This document shows, in pieces, positions 56,477-64,000 of a DNA stretch of 64,000 bases. This DNA is from an uncultured bacterium (GTDB lineage Bacteria > Krumholzibacteriota > Krumholzibacteriia > LZORAL124-64-63). Position 1 is the stretch's first letter; every line of letters starts with the position of its first letter. Made by a program: the position numbers and the translations under genes. The stretch is taken from positions 160,001 through 224,000 of the forward strand of contig CAVSZB010000007.1 of assembly GCA_963732385.1 (NCBI GenBank), read 5' to 3'. Under the pieces are notes generated by a model, which was given only the letters and a program-made list of their open reading frames with translations, ran no database searches and was not told where the DNA came from.

Positions 56477-59400
56477 ATGCCGCCCGACCGTTTCGTTCAC
56501 CTGCACAACCACAGCGACTACTCCCTGCTCGACGGGGCGATGAAGACGCGCGCCATGGCCGAGCGGGCCGTGGCGTGCGGCATGTCGGCGCTGGCGCTGA
56601 CCGACCACGGCAACCTCTTCGGGGCGGTGGAGTTCTATATCGCCTGTCGCAAGGCGGGCGTGCGTCCCATCCTCGGCATGGAGGCGTACATCGCGCGCGA
56701 TCGCCTCGATCGCACCACCGAGGAGGGGAAGCAGGCGCACCACCTCGTGCTGCTGGCCACCGATCTGACCGGCTGGCGCAACCTGATCTGCCTCGCGTCG
56801 CTCGGCTACCTCGAAGGGTTCTACTACAAGCCGCGCATCGATCACGACCTGCTGGCGGCGCACGCACAGGGGCTGATCGGCCTGAGCGCCTGTCTGTCCG
56901 GCGAAACCAGCCGGCGCCTGCTCCGGGATGATCTGGCGGGGGCGGTGAAGGTGGCGGCGCGGTACGGCGAGATTTTCGGTCCCGACCGCTTCTACCTCGA
57001 GATCCAGGATCACGGCCTCGAGCCGGAGGCCAAGGTGCGCCAACTGACGCCTCTGGTGGCGCGCGAGACCGGCCTGCCGGTGGTTGCCACGAACGACTGC
57101 CACTTCCTGCAGCGCGACCATCACCAGGCCCACGACATCCTGCTCTGCATCCAGACCAACCGCCGGGTAGAGGAGCAGAACCGGCTGCGCTACGAAACCG
57201 ACCAGGTCTATTTCAAGGACACCGGGGAGATGCTCGACCTCTTCCGGGACTGGCCACACGCCACCGAGAACACGCTCGCCATTGCGGACCGCTGTAACCT
57301 CGAACTGAAGCTCGGAGAGCTGCTGCTGCCGAAGTTCCCCATCCCGGACCGCTTTCCCGACGCCGACGCTTATCTCGAGCACCTGGCGCGCGAGGGGCTG
57401 CATGATCGGTATCCGCTGCCCACGGCGGAGGCGGAGGAGCGGCTCGCCTACGAACTGAACGTGATCCGCAGGACCGGGTACGCCGGCTACTTCCTGATCG
57501 TGTGGGACTTCATCCTGGCGGCCCGGCGGATGGACATCCCGGTCGGACCGGGCCGCGGGTCGGCGGCCGGGAGTCTTGTCTGCTACAATCTGCGCATCAC
57601 GGACATCGACCCGCTCCACAATCGCCTGTTGTTCGAGCGTTTTCTCAATCCCGAGCGCATCTCGATGCCGGACATCGACATCGACTTCTGTTTCGAGAAG
57701 CGTCCGCGGATCATCCAGTACGTCATCGACAAGTATGGCAAGGACAACGTTTCCCAGATCATCACCTTCGGCACGATGGCGGCGCGCGGCGTGCTCAAGG
57801 ACGTGGCGCGCACGCTCGGCTTCTCCTTCAGCGAGGCCGATCGTATCAGCAAGCTGGTGCCGGAGGGGCCGGGGGTGCAACTGGCGCAGGCGATCGCCGA
57901 AGTGCCCGGTTTCTCCGACGTGCGGGGCGAGTCTCCGCGCCACGACATGCTGATCACCAACGCGCTCATCCTCGAGGGACTGGCGCGCAACCCCGGCATC
58001 CACGCGGCCGGCGTGCTGATCACGCCGAGCGCGCTCATCGAGCACATCCCGCTCTACAAGTCGTCGAAGGACGACATCACCAGCCAGTTCGACATGAAGA
58101 TGATCGAGGAGCTCGGGCTGCTGAAGATGGACTTCCTCGGCCTGCGCACGCTCACCGTCATCGACAAGGCGCTCAGACTGGTGGAAGAGACGAAGGGGAT
58201 CCGGCTCACCGCGGAGGAGATCCCCCTCGACGACCCCGCAACCTACCGGCTGCTGCAGGAGGGGCGCACCGTCGGCATCTTCCAGCTCGAGAGCTCCGGC
58301 ATGCAGGAGCTGGTGCGCAAGATGCAGCCGAACACCTTCGAGGACATCACGGCCGTCAACGCGCTGTTCCGGCCGGGGCCGCTGGGCGCCGGCATGGATC
58401 AGACCTACGTCGACTGCAAGCACGGGCGCAAGCCGATCCGCTATCCGCACCCGGACCTGGCCCCGATCCTGGTCGAAACCTACGGGGTCATCCTGTACCA
58501 GGAACAGGTGATGCAGATCGCCAGCCTCATGGGAGGCTTCTCCCTGGGGGAGGCCGACATGCTGCGCAAGGCGATGGGCAAGAAGAAGAAGGATGTGATG
58601 GACAAGATGCGCGTCCTCTTCCTCGAGGGGGCGCAGGCGAAGGGCTATCCCGGCCAGACCGCCGGAGAAGTGTACGATCTGATGGCGAATTTCGCGGAGT
58701 ATGGCTTCAATAAGTCGCATAGCGCGAGCTACGCCGTGCTGACCCTGCGCACCGCCTGGTTGAAGACGCACCACCCGGCCGAGTTCATGGCGGCCAACAT
58801 GACCTCCGAGATGCGCAAGGCCGATCGCGTGACCGAACTGGTGGACGAGGTCAAGGCGCTCGGGCTGCGGATCGCGCCGCCCGACGCCAACAGTCCCCGC
58901 CCGGAGTTCTCGGTGCGTGGCGAGACGATCGTGTTCGGCATGGGGGCGGTGAAGAACGTCGGCCAGAAGGCGGTGGAGGAGATCGCCGCGGCGCGCGAGC
59001 GTCTCGGTCGGGACTTCCTCGACCTGTTCGACCTCTGCTCGACCGTCGAACTGCAGAAGGTCAACAGCAAGGTGCTCGAGTCGCTCATCCACGCCGGTGC
59101 CCTCGATGCGCTGCCGGGGCACCGTCGCCAGCTCGCCGTGAACCTGGAGCGCGCGGTCGCCCACGGGCACCGGCTGGCGCGGGACCGGCAGCAGGGGCAG
59201 TCGTCGCTGTTCGGCGGCCCTGGGCAGGGAGCGGCGGCGCCGGCGTTGCAGAGCGTCGAGCCGTACGATCCGCTGGACGAGCTGAGCCTCGAACGTCGGG
59301 CGCTCGGCTTCTACCTTTCGGGACACCCCTTCCACGAGTACCGCGAACTGATCACGGCGCTGCCGGTGGCGCAGGCGCGTGCGGTGGCCGGTCTGGGCGA

Positions 59401-60001
59401 GGGGGCCTGGGTGGAGCTGGCCGGTGTGGTCACGTCGTACGAAGAGGCCCGCGACCGCAACAAGCGCCTCTACGCGCGCACACATTTCGAGGATCGCACC
59501 GGCTGCATCGGCCTGATCGTCTACGCCAGCCTGTACGAGACCGCCGCCGCACTCGTGCAGGGCGACGCCATCCTGGTGGCCGGCGGCCGGGTGCGCTTCC
59601 GCTCCGACGGCAGCCGCGAGGTCGTGGCCGAGCGTCTCACCTCGGTGGATCAGGCTTTCGGCGACTGGACGCAGGAGGTCCTGGTGCGGCTCGATCTCGA
59701 CGCCGGGGGCGAGGCGGCCGTGGTGGCCCTGGCGCGCTGCCTCGAGACGCACGGTGGCGGCGTGCCGCCGCCCGGGGGGGGGGGTGTCCGCACGGCGCCG
59801 CTTTTGACCCTGATCCATCGCGACCGGCGGGAGTGGCTGCTGCAGGGCGTCCGGGGGCGGGTCGAACTCACGCTGCCGGCCCTGCGGGTGCTGCGTGCCC
59901 TGCCGGGGCACTGCGAGACGGTGCTGCGCTGCGTCCTGCCGCCTCCGGTGCCGCGGCGCGGGGGCGACAACGGCGGCCAGCGCCGCCGTCCCCAACCTTG
60001 A
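56477..60001 (+). CDS. dnaE: DNA polymerase III alpha subunit
   Basis: PHP domain HLHNHSDYSLLDG, GPGRGSAAGS, MPDIDIDF, KMDFLGL, YGFNKSH motifs; no intein seen. Confidence 0.97.
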   Translation: MPPDRFVHLHNHSDYSLLDGAMKTRAMAERAVACGMSALALTDHGNLFGAVEFYIACRKAGVRPILGMEAYIARDRLDRTTEEGKQAHHLVLLATDLTGWRNLICLASLGYLEGFYYKPRIDHDLLAAHAQGLIGLSACLSGETSRRLLRDDLAGAVKVAARYGEIFGPDRFYLEIQDHGLEPEAKVRQLTPLVARETGLPVVATNDCHFLQRDHHQAHDILLCIQTNRRVEEQNRLRYETDQVYFKDTGEMLDLFRDWPHATENTLAIADRCNLELKLGELLLPKFPIPDRFPDADAYLEHLAREGLHDRYPLPTAEAEERLAYELNVIRRTGYAGYFLIVWDFILAARRMDIPVGPGRGSAAGSLVCYNLRITDIDPLHNRLLFERFLNPERISMPDIDIDFCFEKRPRIIQYVIDKYGKDNVSQIITFGTMAARGVLKDVARTLGFSFSEADRISKLVPEGPGVQLAQAIAEVPGFSDVRGESPRHDMLITNALILEGLARNPGIHAAGVLITPSALIEHIPLYKSSKDDITSQFDMKMIEELGLLKMDFLGLRTLTVIDKALRLVEETKGIRLTAEEIPLDDPATYRLLQEGRTVGIFQLESSGMQELVRKMQPNTFEDITAVNALFRPGPLGAGMDQTYVDCKHGRKPIRYPHPDLAPILVETYGVILYQEQVMQIASLMGGFSLGEADMLRKAMGKKKKDVMDKMRVLFLEGAQAKGYPGQTAGEVYDLMANFAEYGFNKSHSASYAVLTLRTAWLKTHHPAEFMAANMTSEMRKADRVTELVDEVKALGLRIAPPDANSPRPEFSVRGETIVFGMGAVKNVGQKAVEEIAAARERLGRDFLDLFDLCSTVELQKVNSKVLESLIHAGALDALPGHRRQLAVNLERAVAHGHRLARDRQQGQSSLFGGPGQGAAAPALQSVEPYDPLDELSLERRALGFYLSGHPFHEYRELITALPVAQARAVAGLGEGAWVELAGVVTSYEEARDRNKRLYARTHFEDRTGCIGLIVYASLYETAAALVQGDAILVAGGRVRFRSDGSREVVAERLTSVDQAFGDWTQEVLVRLDLDAGGEAAVVALARCLETHGGGVPPPGGGGVRTAPLLTLIHRDRREWLLQGVRGRVELTLPALRVLRALPGHCETVLRCVLPPPVPRRGGDNGGQRRRPQP

Positions 60002-60084
60002 CACCGGGTTACGCCCGCGGGTAGATTCGCGCTTTCCGGCCGCCGGCGGCCGGCCCCGGCCTGCCCAGAGGAGCGCCCGGCCAG

Positions 60085-61068
60085 ATGGACTGGAGCAAGA
60101 AAGGGCCCTGGCTCGATTTCGAGCAGCCCCTGGTGGAACTCGAGGAGAGGATCCGCACTCTTCAGGACTCCGCAGTCGTGCGTGGACTCGACGTCGGCGA
60201 CGAGGTTGAGCGTCTGCGACGGCGCGTCGAGCAGCTGGGGCGGGAGATCTTCGCCAATCTTGATCCTTGGCAGCGTGTCCAACTGGCTCGGCATCCGCGG
60301 CGTCCCACCACCCTCGACTACATCAGATACGTATTCGACAGCTTCGTGGAATTGCACGGCGACCGTCTGTTCCGCGACGATTCCGCCATCGTAGGGGGGC
60401 TGGCCGCGCTCGGCGAGCGGCGGCTGCTGGTGATCGGGCACCAGAAGGGGCGCGACACCAAGTCCAACATCCTGCGCAACTTCGGCATGGCCCATCCGGA
60501 GGGTTACCGCAAGTCGCTCCGTCTCATGGAATTGGCGGCGCGCCACGGGCGACCGGTCGTGACCTTCATCGACACGCCGGGAGCCTATCCCGGCATCGGG
60601 GCGGAAGAGCGGGGGCAGGCCGAGGCGATCGCGACCAATCTGCGCGAGATGGCGGCCCTGCCGGTGCCGATCCTCGCCTTCGTCACCGGCGAGGGGGGCT
60701 CCGGCGGCGCCCTCGCCATCGGCGTGGCCGACCGGGTGACGATGCTCGAGAACGCGATCTACAGCGTGATCAGCCCGGAGGGTTGCGCCGCGATCCTGTG
60801 GCGGGATCGCGCCAAAGCGCCGGAAGCGGCGCGCGCCATGAAGATCACGGCCACCGACGCGCTCGGTCTTGGCGTGATCGACCGCATCCTGCCGGAGCCG
60901 CTCGGGGGGGCGCACCGCGACCACGCCGGCGCTGCCGCCCTCATCCGCAAGGCGATTCTCGACGACCTGCCTGACTTCGAGAGCCGTTCGCCCGCCGTAC
61001 TGCTTGAAGATCGGCTGCAGAAATTCCTCGGTATGGGCATCTACGCGGAGGAGTCGCCTGCGGAGTGA
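60085..61068 (+). CDS. accA: Acetyl-CoA carboxylase carboxyltransferase alpha subunit
   Basis: LDFEQPL, ARHPRRP, FGMAHPEGYRK, DTPGAYPG, GEGGSGGALA, EPLGGAHRD motifs; conserved dnaE-accA order. Confidence 0.97.
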   Translation: MDWSKKGPWLDFEQPLVELEERIRTLQDSAVVRGLDVGDEVERLRRRVEQLGREIFANLDPWQRVQLARHPRRPTTLDYIRYVFDSFVELHGDRLFRDDSAIVGGLAALGERRLLVIGHQKGRDTKSNILRNFGMAHPEGYRKSLRLMELAARHGRPVVTFIDTPGAYPGIGAEERGQAEAIATNLREMAALPVPILAFVTGEGGSGGALAIGVADRVTMLENAIYSVISPEGCAAILWRDRAKAPEAARAMKITATDALGLGVIDRILPEPLGGAHRDHAGAAALIRKAILDDLPDFESRSPAVLLEDRLQKFLGMGIYAEESPAE

Positions 61069-61082
61069 GGAGCCGGGACGGG

Positions 61083-61111
61083 TTGACAAGGAGGCCGCCC
61101 GCCTGTATGCT
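61083..61111 (+). promoter_or_regulatory. Sigma70-type promoter for Trm112 and the PorU-like gene
   Basis: TTGACA-17 nt-TATGCT. Confidence 0.7.
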
Positions 61112-61288
61112 GAATCTCGCCAACCTCTTCAGGGATGCCTCTCGCGGGGTCAACCGGTCCGCGCGGGGGGTCCGCTTCGATTCTGCTCCCGATTCCCCGG
61201 AGCCGTCGTTTTTTTGCGCCCGCTCCCGACGTGTTTCGGCGAATACAGTGGATCGCCTGTATCGCGTTGGTAGTGGGGGAGGGATGTA

Positions 61289-61465
61289 ATGCTCGATCCG
61301 AAATTGCTCGAGATCCTGGCCTGTCCCCGCTGCCGGGGACCGGTGACGCCGCTAGCCGATCATTCGGCCCTCGACTGCCGCGCCTGCGGACTGCGCTATC
61401 GGGTCGAGGACGACATCCCGATCATGCTGATCGACGAGGCCCGGAAGCTGACACCGGAAGGGTGA
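61289..61465 (+). CDS. Trm112/YcaR (UPF0434) family protein
   Basis: Hand-translated MLDPKLLEILACPRCRGPV...LDCRACGLRYRVEDDIPIMLIDEARKL, 58 aa; GGAGGG RBS; not in the ORF track. Confidence 0.92.
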   Translation: MLDPKLLEILACPRCRGPVTPLADHSALDCRACGLRYRVEDDIPIMLIDEARKLTPEG

Positions 61466-61473
61466 GCGGCCGC

Positions 61474-64000
61474 ATGTGCATCTTCACGCATTTCGCGGCC
61501 GGCGCGCTGGCCGGCGCGGCGACCGGCAATCCCTGGGCGGCGCTGGCCGCCGGCCTCGCCTCGCACGCGCTGCTGGACCTTTTCCCGCACTACGATTTCG
61601 CTGACTGGCGGCACGAAGTGCTGATCGGGCTGGCCCCGCTCCTGCTGCTCCTGTTTTCGCCCTTCGCTTCCGCGGCGGCGGTGAGCGGCGGGCTGGCCGG
61701 CTGCCTCCCCGATCTGGAGAATCTCCTGCATAAAATCGGCCGGTTGAAACGGCGTCGCATGATCTTCCCGACCCACACCGGCCTGCTGCCGCACGGCGCT
61801 CGCCGCGGCCCCGGCAACCTCTGGGTGCAGGCCGCCCTGGCTGCCGGCTGTCTCGCCGCGCTCGCCCTGGTGGCGCCCGGCGTGGCGCGGGCCGCGGATT
61901 TCCCGTTCGCGAACGACGGTTCTCCGGTGCCGGTGGACGCCCTGTCGGTCGATCCGTCGGCCGGGGCGCCGCTCGCCATCGTCGGTCCGCAGCAGGCGCG
62001 TCTGCTCGCCGTCGGCGATGCCGCCACGCGCCTGGAGGTGCGGTTCCCGGTGGAACGGGAGCCGGCCGACTGGTCTGCGGTGTCGCCGAGCGGGGTCTGT
62101 TGGCGCGAAGCGGGCATGGTCGTGCGCGATGGTGAGGAGGGGACACGCTCCCTGCCTTCGTCCCACGCCTGGATCCTGGCGGTGCCGACTCTGGAGACGC
62201 CGGTCGTCGGCTCGGTCGACGTGGTCTGGCGGCGGGAGCCATCGACTCCGGTCCCGGCGGCGCAGTTGGTGACCGTCGAGGGGCCCCGTCTGTTCCGGGG
62301 AGTTCCGCTGGCGATCGTGCGGGTGATCGCGGAGGCGCCCGGCGGCGGTATTCCCGAGCGCATCATCATCGACCTGACGCATCCGCCGGCCGGGGAGCCG
62401 GCAGTGGCGCTGGCCGCGTCGGGTCGCGCCCGGACGACGGCGACCCGGCAGGAGCCGCGGCCTTTCGGCGCCGACGGTGTGCTCAATCCCGAACTTTTCG
62501 CACGCCTCACCGCCGGCGATGTGCTGCGCGCGCAGATGGCTCCGACCCGCGCGGCCGCCGCCCATCCGTTCGGCCTGACGACGCGCTGGGCGCGGTTCGA
62601 AGTGCAGCAGACCGCGGTGCATCGCATCACCGGATTCGATCTCTCGCTGCTCGGCATCGTTGCGTCCCAGGTGGACCCCGCCACCCTGCGCCTCTATCGC
62701 GGCGGCGGTCTCCCCGAGGCCGCCAATCCGGTCCTGCCCGGGAGCTGGCAGGAGGGCTGGACCGGGCTGAGCGAAGTGGCGATCTCCGTGCGCGACGATG
62801 ACGGGATCTGGGACAGCAGTGACGCCATCACCTTCTACGGGGTTGGCGGCGACACCTGGCGCGATCGCTACAGTGCCGAGGCCGGCCGTCTGGACCACTT
62901 CGAACACCCCGGGACCGGCTACGGCGTCTATTGGCTCACCTGGGAACTGCCCGGCCTGGCGAGTCCGCTGCCCGGCGCGCCGCGGCGGATCGGCCCGCCC
63001 ACGCCGGCGCCGGCGCTCGGGGCCCCCCTCGTCACCTCATGGCGCGCCCGGCTGCACCGCGAGGAGTCGTACGAGGACGCCGGCGGCCGTCTGGCCGACA
63101 ATTGGGCCTGGGACACCCGGATCCGCACCCTGCGCGATCTGACCTTCGACGCCGGTCTGGTGGTGCCTGACCAGCCGACGCGGTTCGTGGTCGACGTGCG
63201 CGGCTATCACCAGCGCTCGACTTTGGATGCCGTCCTGAACCGGGCGACCGCCTGGATCAATGGCGATGCGGCCGGCGCCGCCACCAGCAGCTGGACGGTG
63301 TACGCCGAGCGGGACAGCCTGCGGGTGCGCATCGTGGGGGAGAGCCCGGCCCTGCTCACGGGCGTCAACACGCTTCATCTGCGCAACGAACTTGGCGCCA
63401 CCGGCGGGATCGACCTCGTGCTGGACAGCTTCGACCTGCTCTATTGGCAGCCGCTCGTCAAGAGCGCCGCCACCGGCTTCGCCTTCACGCACTGGGGCGA
63501 CCAGGTCGCCGCCCCGGGCGACACGATCGATCTGCGGGTGACCCTGCCGGACCTGGGCGCGGTCACGCTGTGGGACGTGTCGGATCCCCTTGCCCCGTTC
63601 ATCCTGACCGGCGATGTCTCCGGAGGTGGCGCGCCGGCGCTGACGGTCGGTCTCACGCGTACCCCCGGGCAGAGCCGGCACTTCGTGCTTTGCGATGAGA
63701 GCGATCCGGTCACGCCGCCCGTGCGCGCCCGCCGCTTCCCCTTCGATCTGCGGGCGACCCTGGGACCGTGCGACTACGTGGTCATTTACGATCCGCTCTT
63801 CGCGACAGCGGCCCAGGAGCTGGCGAGTCTGCGCAATGATCGGCTGCCGGACGTGGCGGCGCCGTCAGCACGGGCCGTGAACGAGGAAGCGATCTACGAC
63901 AATTTCTCCGGCGGCCGGAAAGACCCCTGGGCGCTGCGCAATTTCCTGAAGTGGCTCTATCTGCGGGACGCCGACCCGCTCAACCCGACCACCGGCCGGC
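61474..64000 (+). CDS. PorU-like C25 (gingipain-family) protein with N-terminal membrane metal-dependent-hydrolase-like module (runs off window edge)
   Basis: Hand-translated frame without stops from ATG 61474 to the window end. N-terminus has THFAAG, SHALLDLFPHYD, LPDLEN. PorU-like region WARFEVQQTAVHRITGFDL...DPATLRLYRGGG...DAITFYG...VYWLTW. C25 domain start DYVVIYDPLF...IYDNFSGGRKDPWALRNFLKWLY. Confidence 0.8.
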   Translation, partial: MCIFTHFAAGALAGAATGNPWAALAAGLASHALLDLFPHYDFADWRHEVLIGLAPLLLLLFSPFASAAAVSGGLAGCLPDLENLLHKIGRLKRRRMIFPTHTGLLPHGARRGPGNLWVQAALAAGCLAALALVAPGVARAADFPFANDGSPVPVDALSVDPSAGAPLAIVGPQQARLLAVGDAATRLEVRFPVEREPADWSAVSPSGVCWREAGMVVRDGEEGTRSLPSSHAWILAVPTLETPVVGSVDVVWRREPSTPVPAAQLVTVEGPRLFRGVPLAIVRVIAEAPGGGIPERIIIDLTHPPAGEPAVALAASGRARTTATRQEPRPFGADGVLNPELFARLTAGDVLRAQMAPTRAAAAHPFGLTTRWARFEVQQTAVHRITGFDLSLLGIVASQVDPATLRLYRGGGLPEAANPVLPGSWQEGWTGLSEVAISVRDDDGIWDSSDAITFYGVGGDTWRDRYSAEAGRLDHFEHPGTGYGVYWLTWELPGLASPLPGAPRRIGPPTPAPALGAPLVTSWRARLHREESYEDAGGRLADNWAWDTRIRTLRDLTFDAGLVVPDQPTRFVVDVRGYHQRSTLDAVLNRATAWINGDAAGAATSSWTVYAERDSLRVRIVGESPALLTGVNTLHLRNELGATGGIDLVLDSFDLLYWQPLVKSAATGFAFTHWGDQVAAPGDTIDLRVTLPDLGAVTLWDVSDPLAPFILTGDVSGGGAPALTVGLTRTPGQSRHFVLCDESDPVTPPVRARRFPFDLRATLGPCDYVVIYDPLFATAAQELASLRNDRLPDVAAPSARAVNEEAIYDNFSGGRKDPWALRNFLKWLYLRDADPLNPTTGR

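Noticed and set aside
55880..60004. 1374-aa minus-strand ORF, and similar long ORFs at 34227-36554, 48048-50966, 25594-28173, 23179-25524, 16854-19181, 21489-24284
   Set aside because: Shadow frames overlapping well-supported genes (dnaE, groEL, helicase, uvrB, valS, PP2C, M28). High GC suppresses stop codons, and the translations show no family motifs.
61140..61200. TTCGATTC resembling a tRNA T-loop (possible tRNA or tRNA-Sec)
   Set aside because: No acceptor stem, anticodon arm or CCA end could be built around it.

Overview
High-GC bacterial chromosomal window. The signal-peptide proteins with FlgD-Ig/T9SS-like C-terminal domains and a PorU-like C25 protein suggest an FCB-group candidate phylum such as Krumholzibacteriota/Latescibacterota (inference only). 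The right two thirds is mostly housekeeping: valS-rodZ-like-uvrB-nadC-birA-coaX; groES-groEL with a degenerate CIRCE; GT4-yqeC-mocA-xdhC-yqeB (selenium/molybdenum-hydroxylase maturation); TPR protein; dapL-like-folB-folK-dNK-panB-panC-HIT; DUF4321-tatA-mrfA-mrfB-like; ppiD-like; M23 peptidase; dnaE-accA; Trm112. The left third is more accessory: HNH nuclease, secreted FGE/C-type-lectin-fold protein, sigma54-driven beta-barrel, ccdA-tlpA, GH13, MFS, an ISL3 scar, a large lower-GC secreted protein, a PP2C sensor and two M28 peptidases. Four genes are missing from the supplied ORF track and were read by hand: the edge-truncated HNH gene (<1-1054), a 19-21 aa hydrophobic peptide gene with its own terminator (16741-16806), Trm112 (61289-61465), and an edge-truncated ORF (61474->64000) fusing a membrane metal-hydrolase-like module to a PorU-like C25 protein. 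The best leads are that fusion with its probable CTD cargo, the toxin-like micropeptide locus, a possible orphan DGR target, and the Se-cofactor cluster. No CRISPR array, rRNA, tRNA, reverse transcriptase or intact transposase was found. All family assignments come from motif recognition by eye; no database searches were run.
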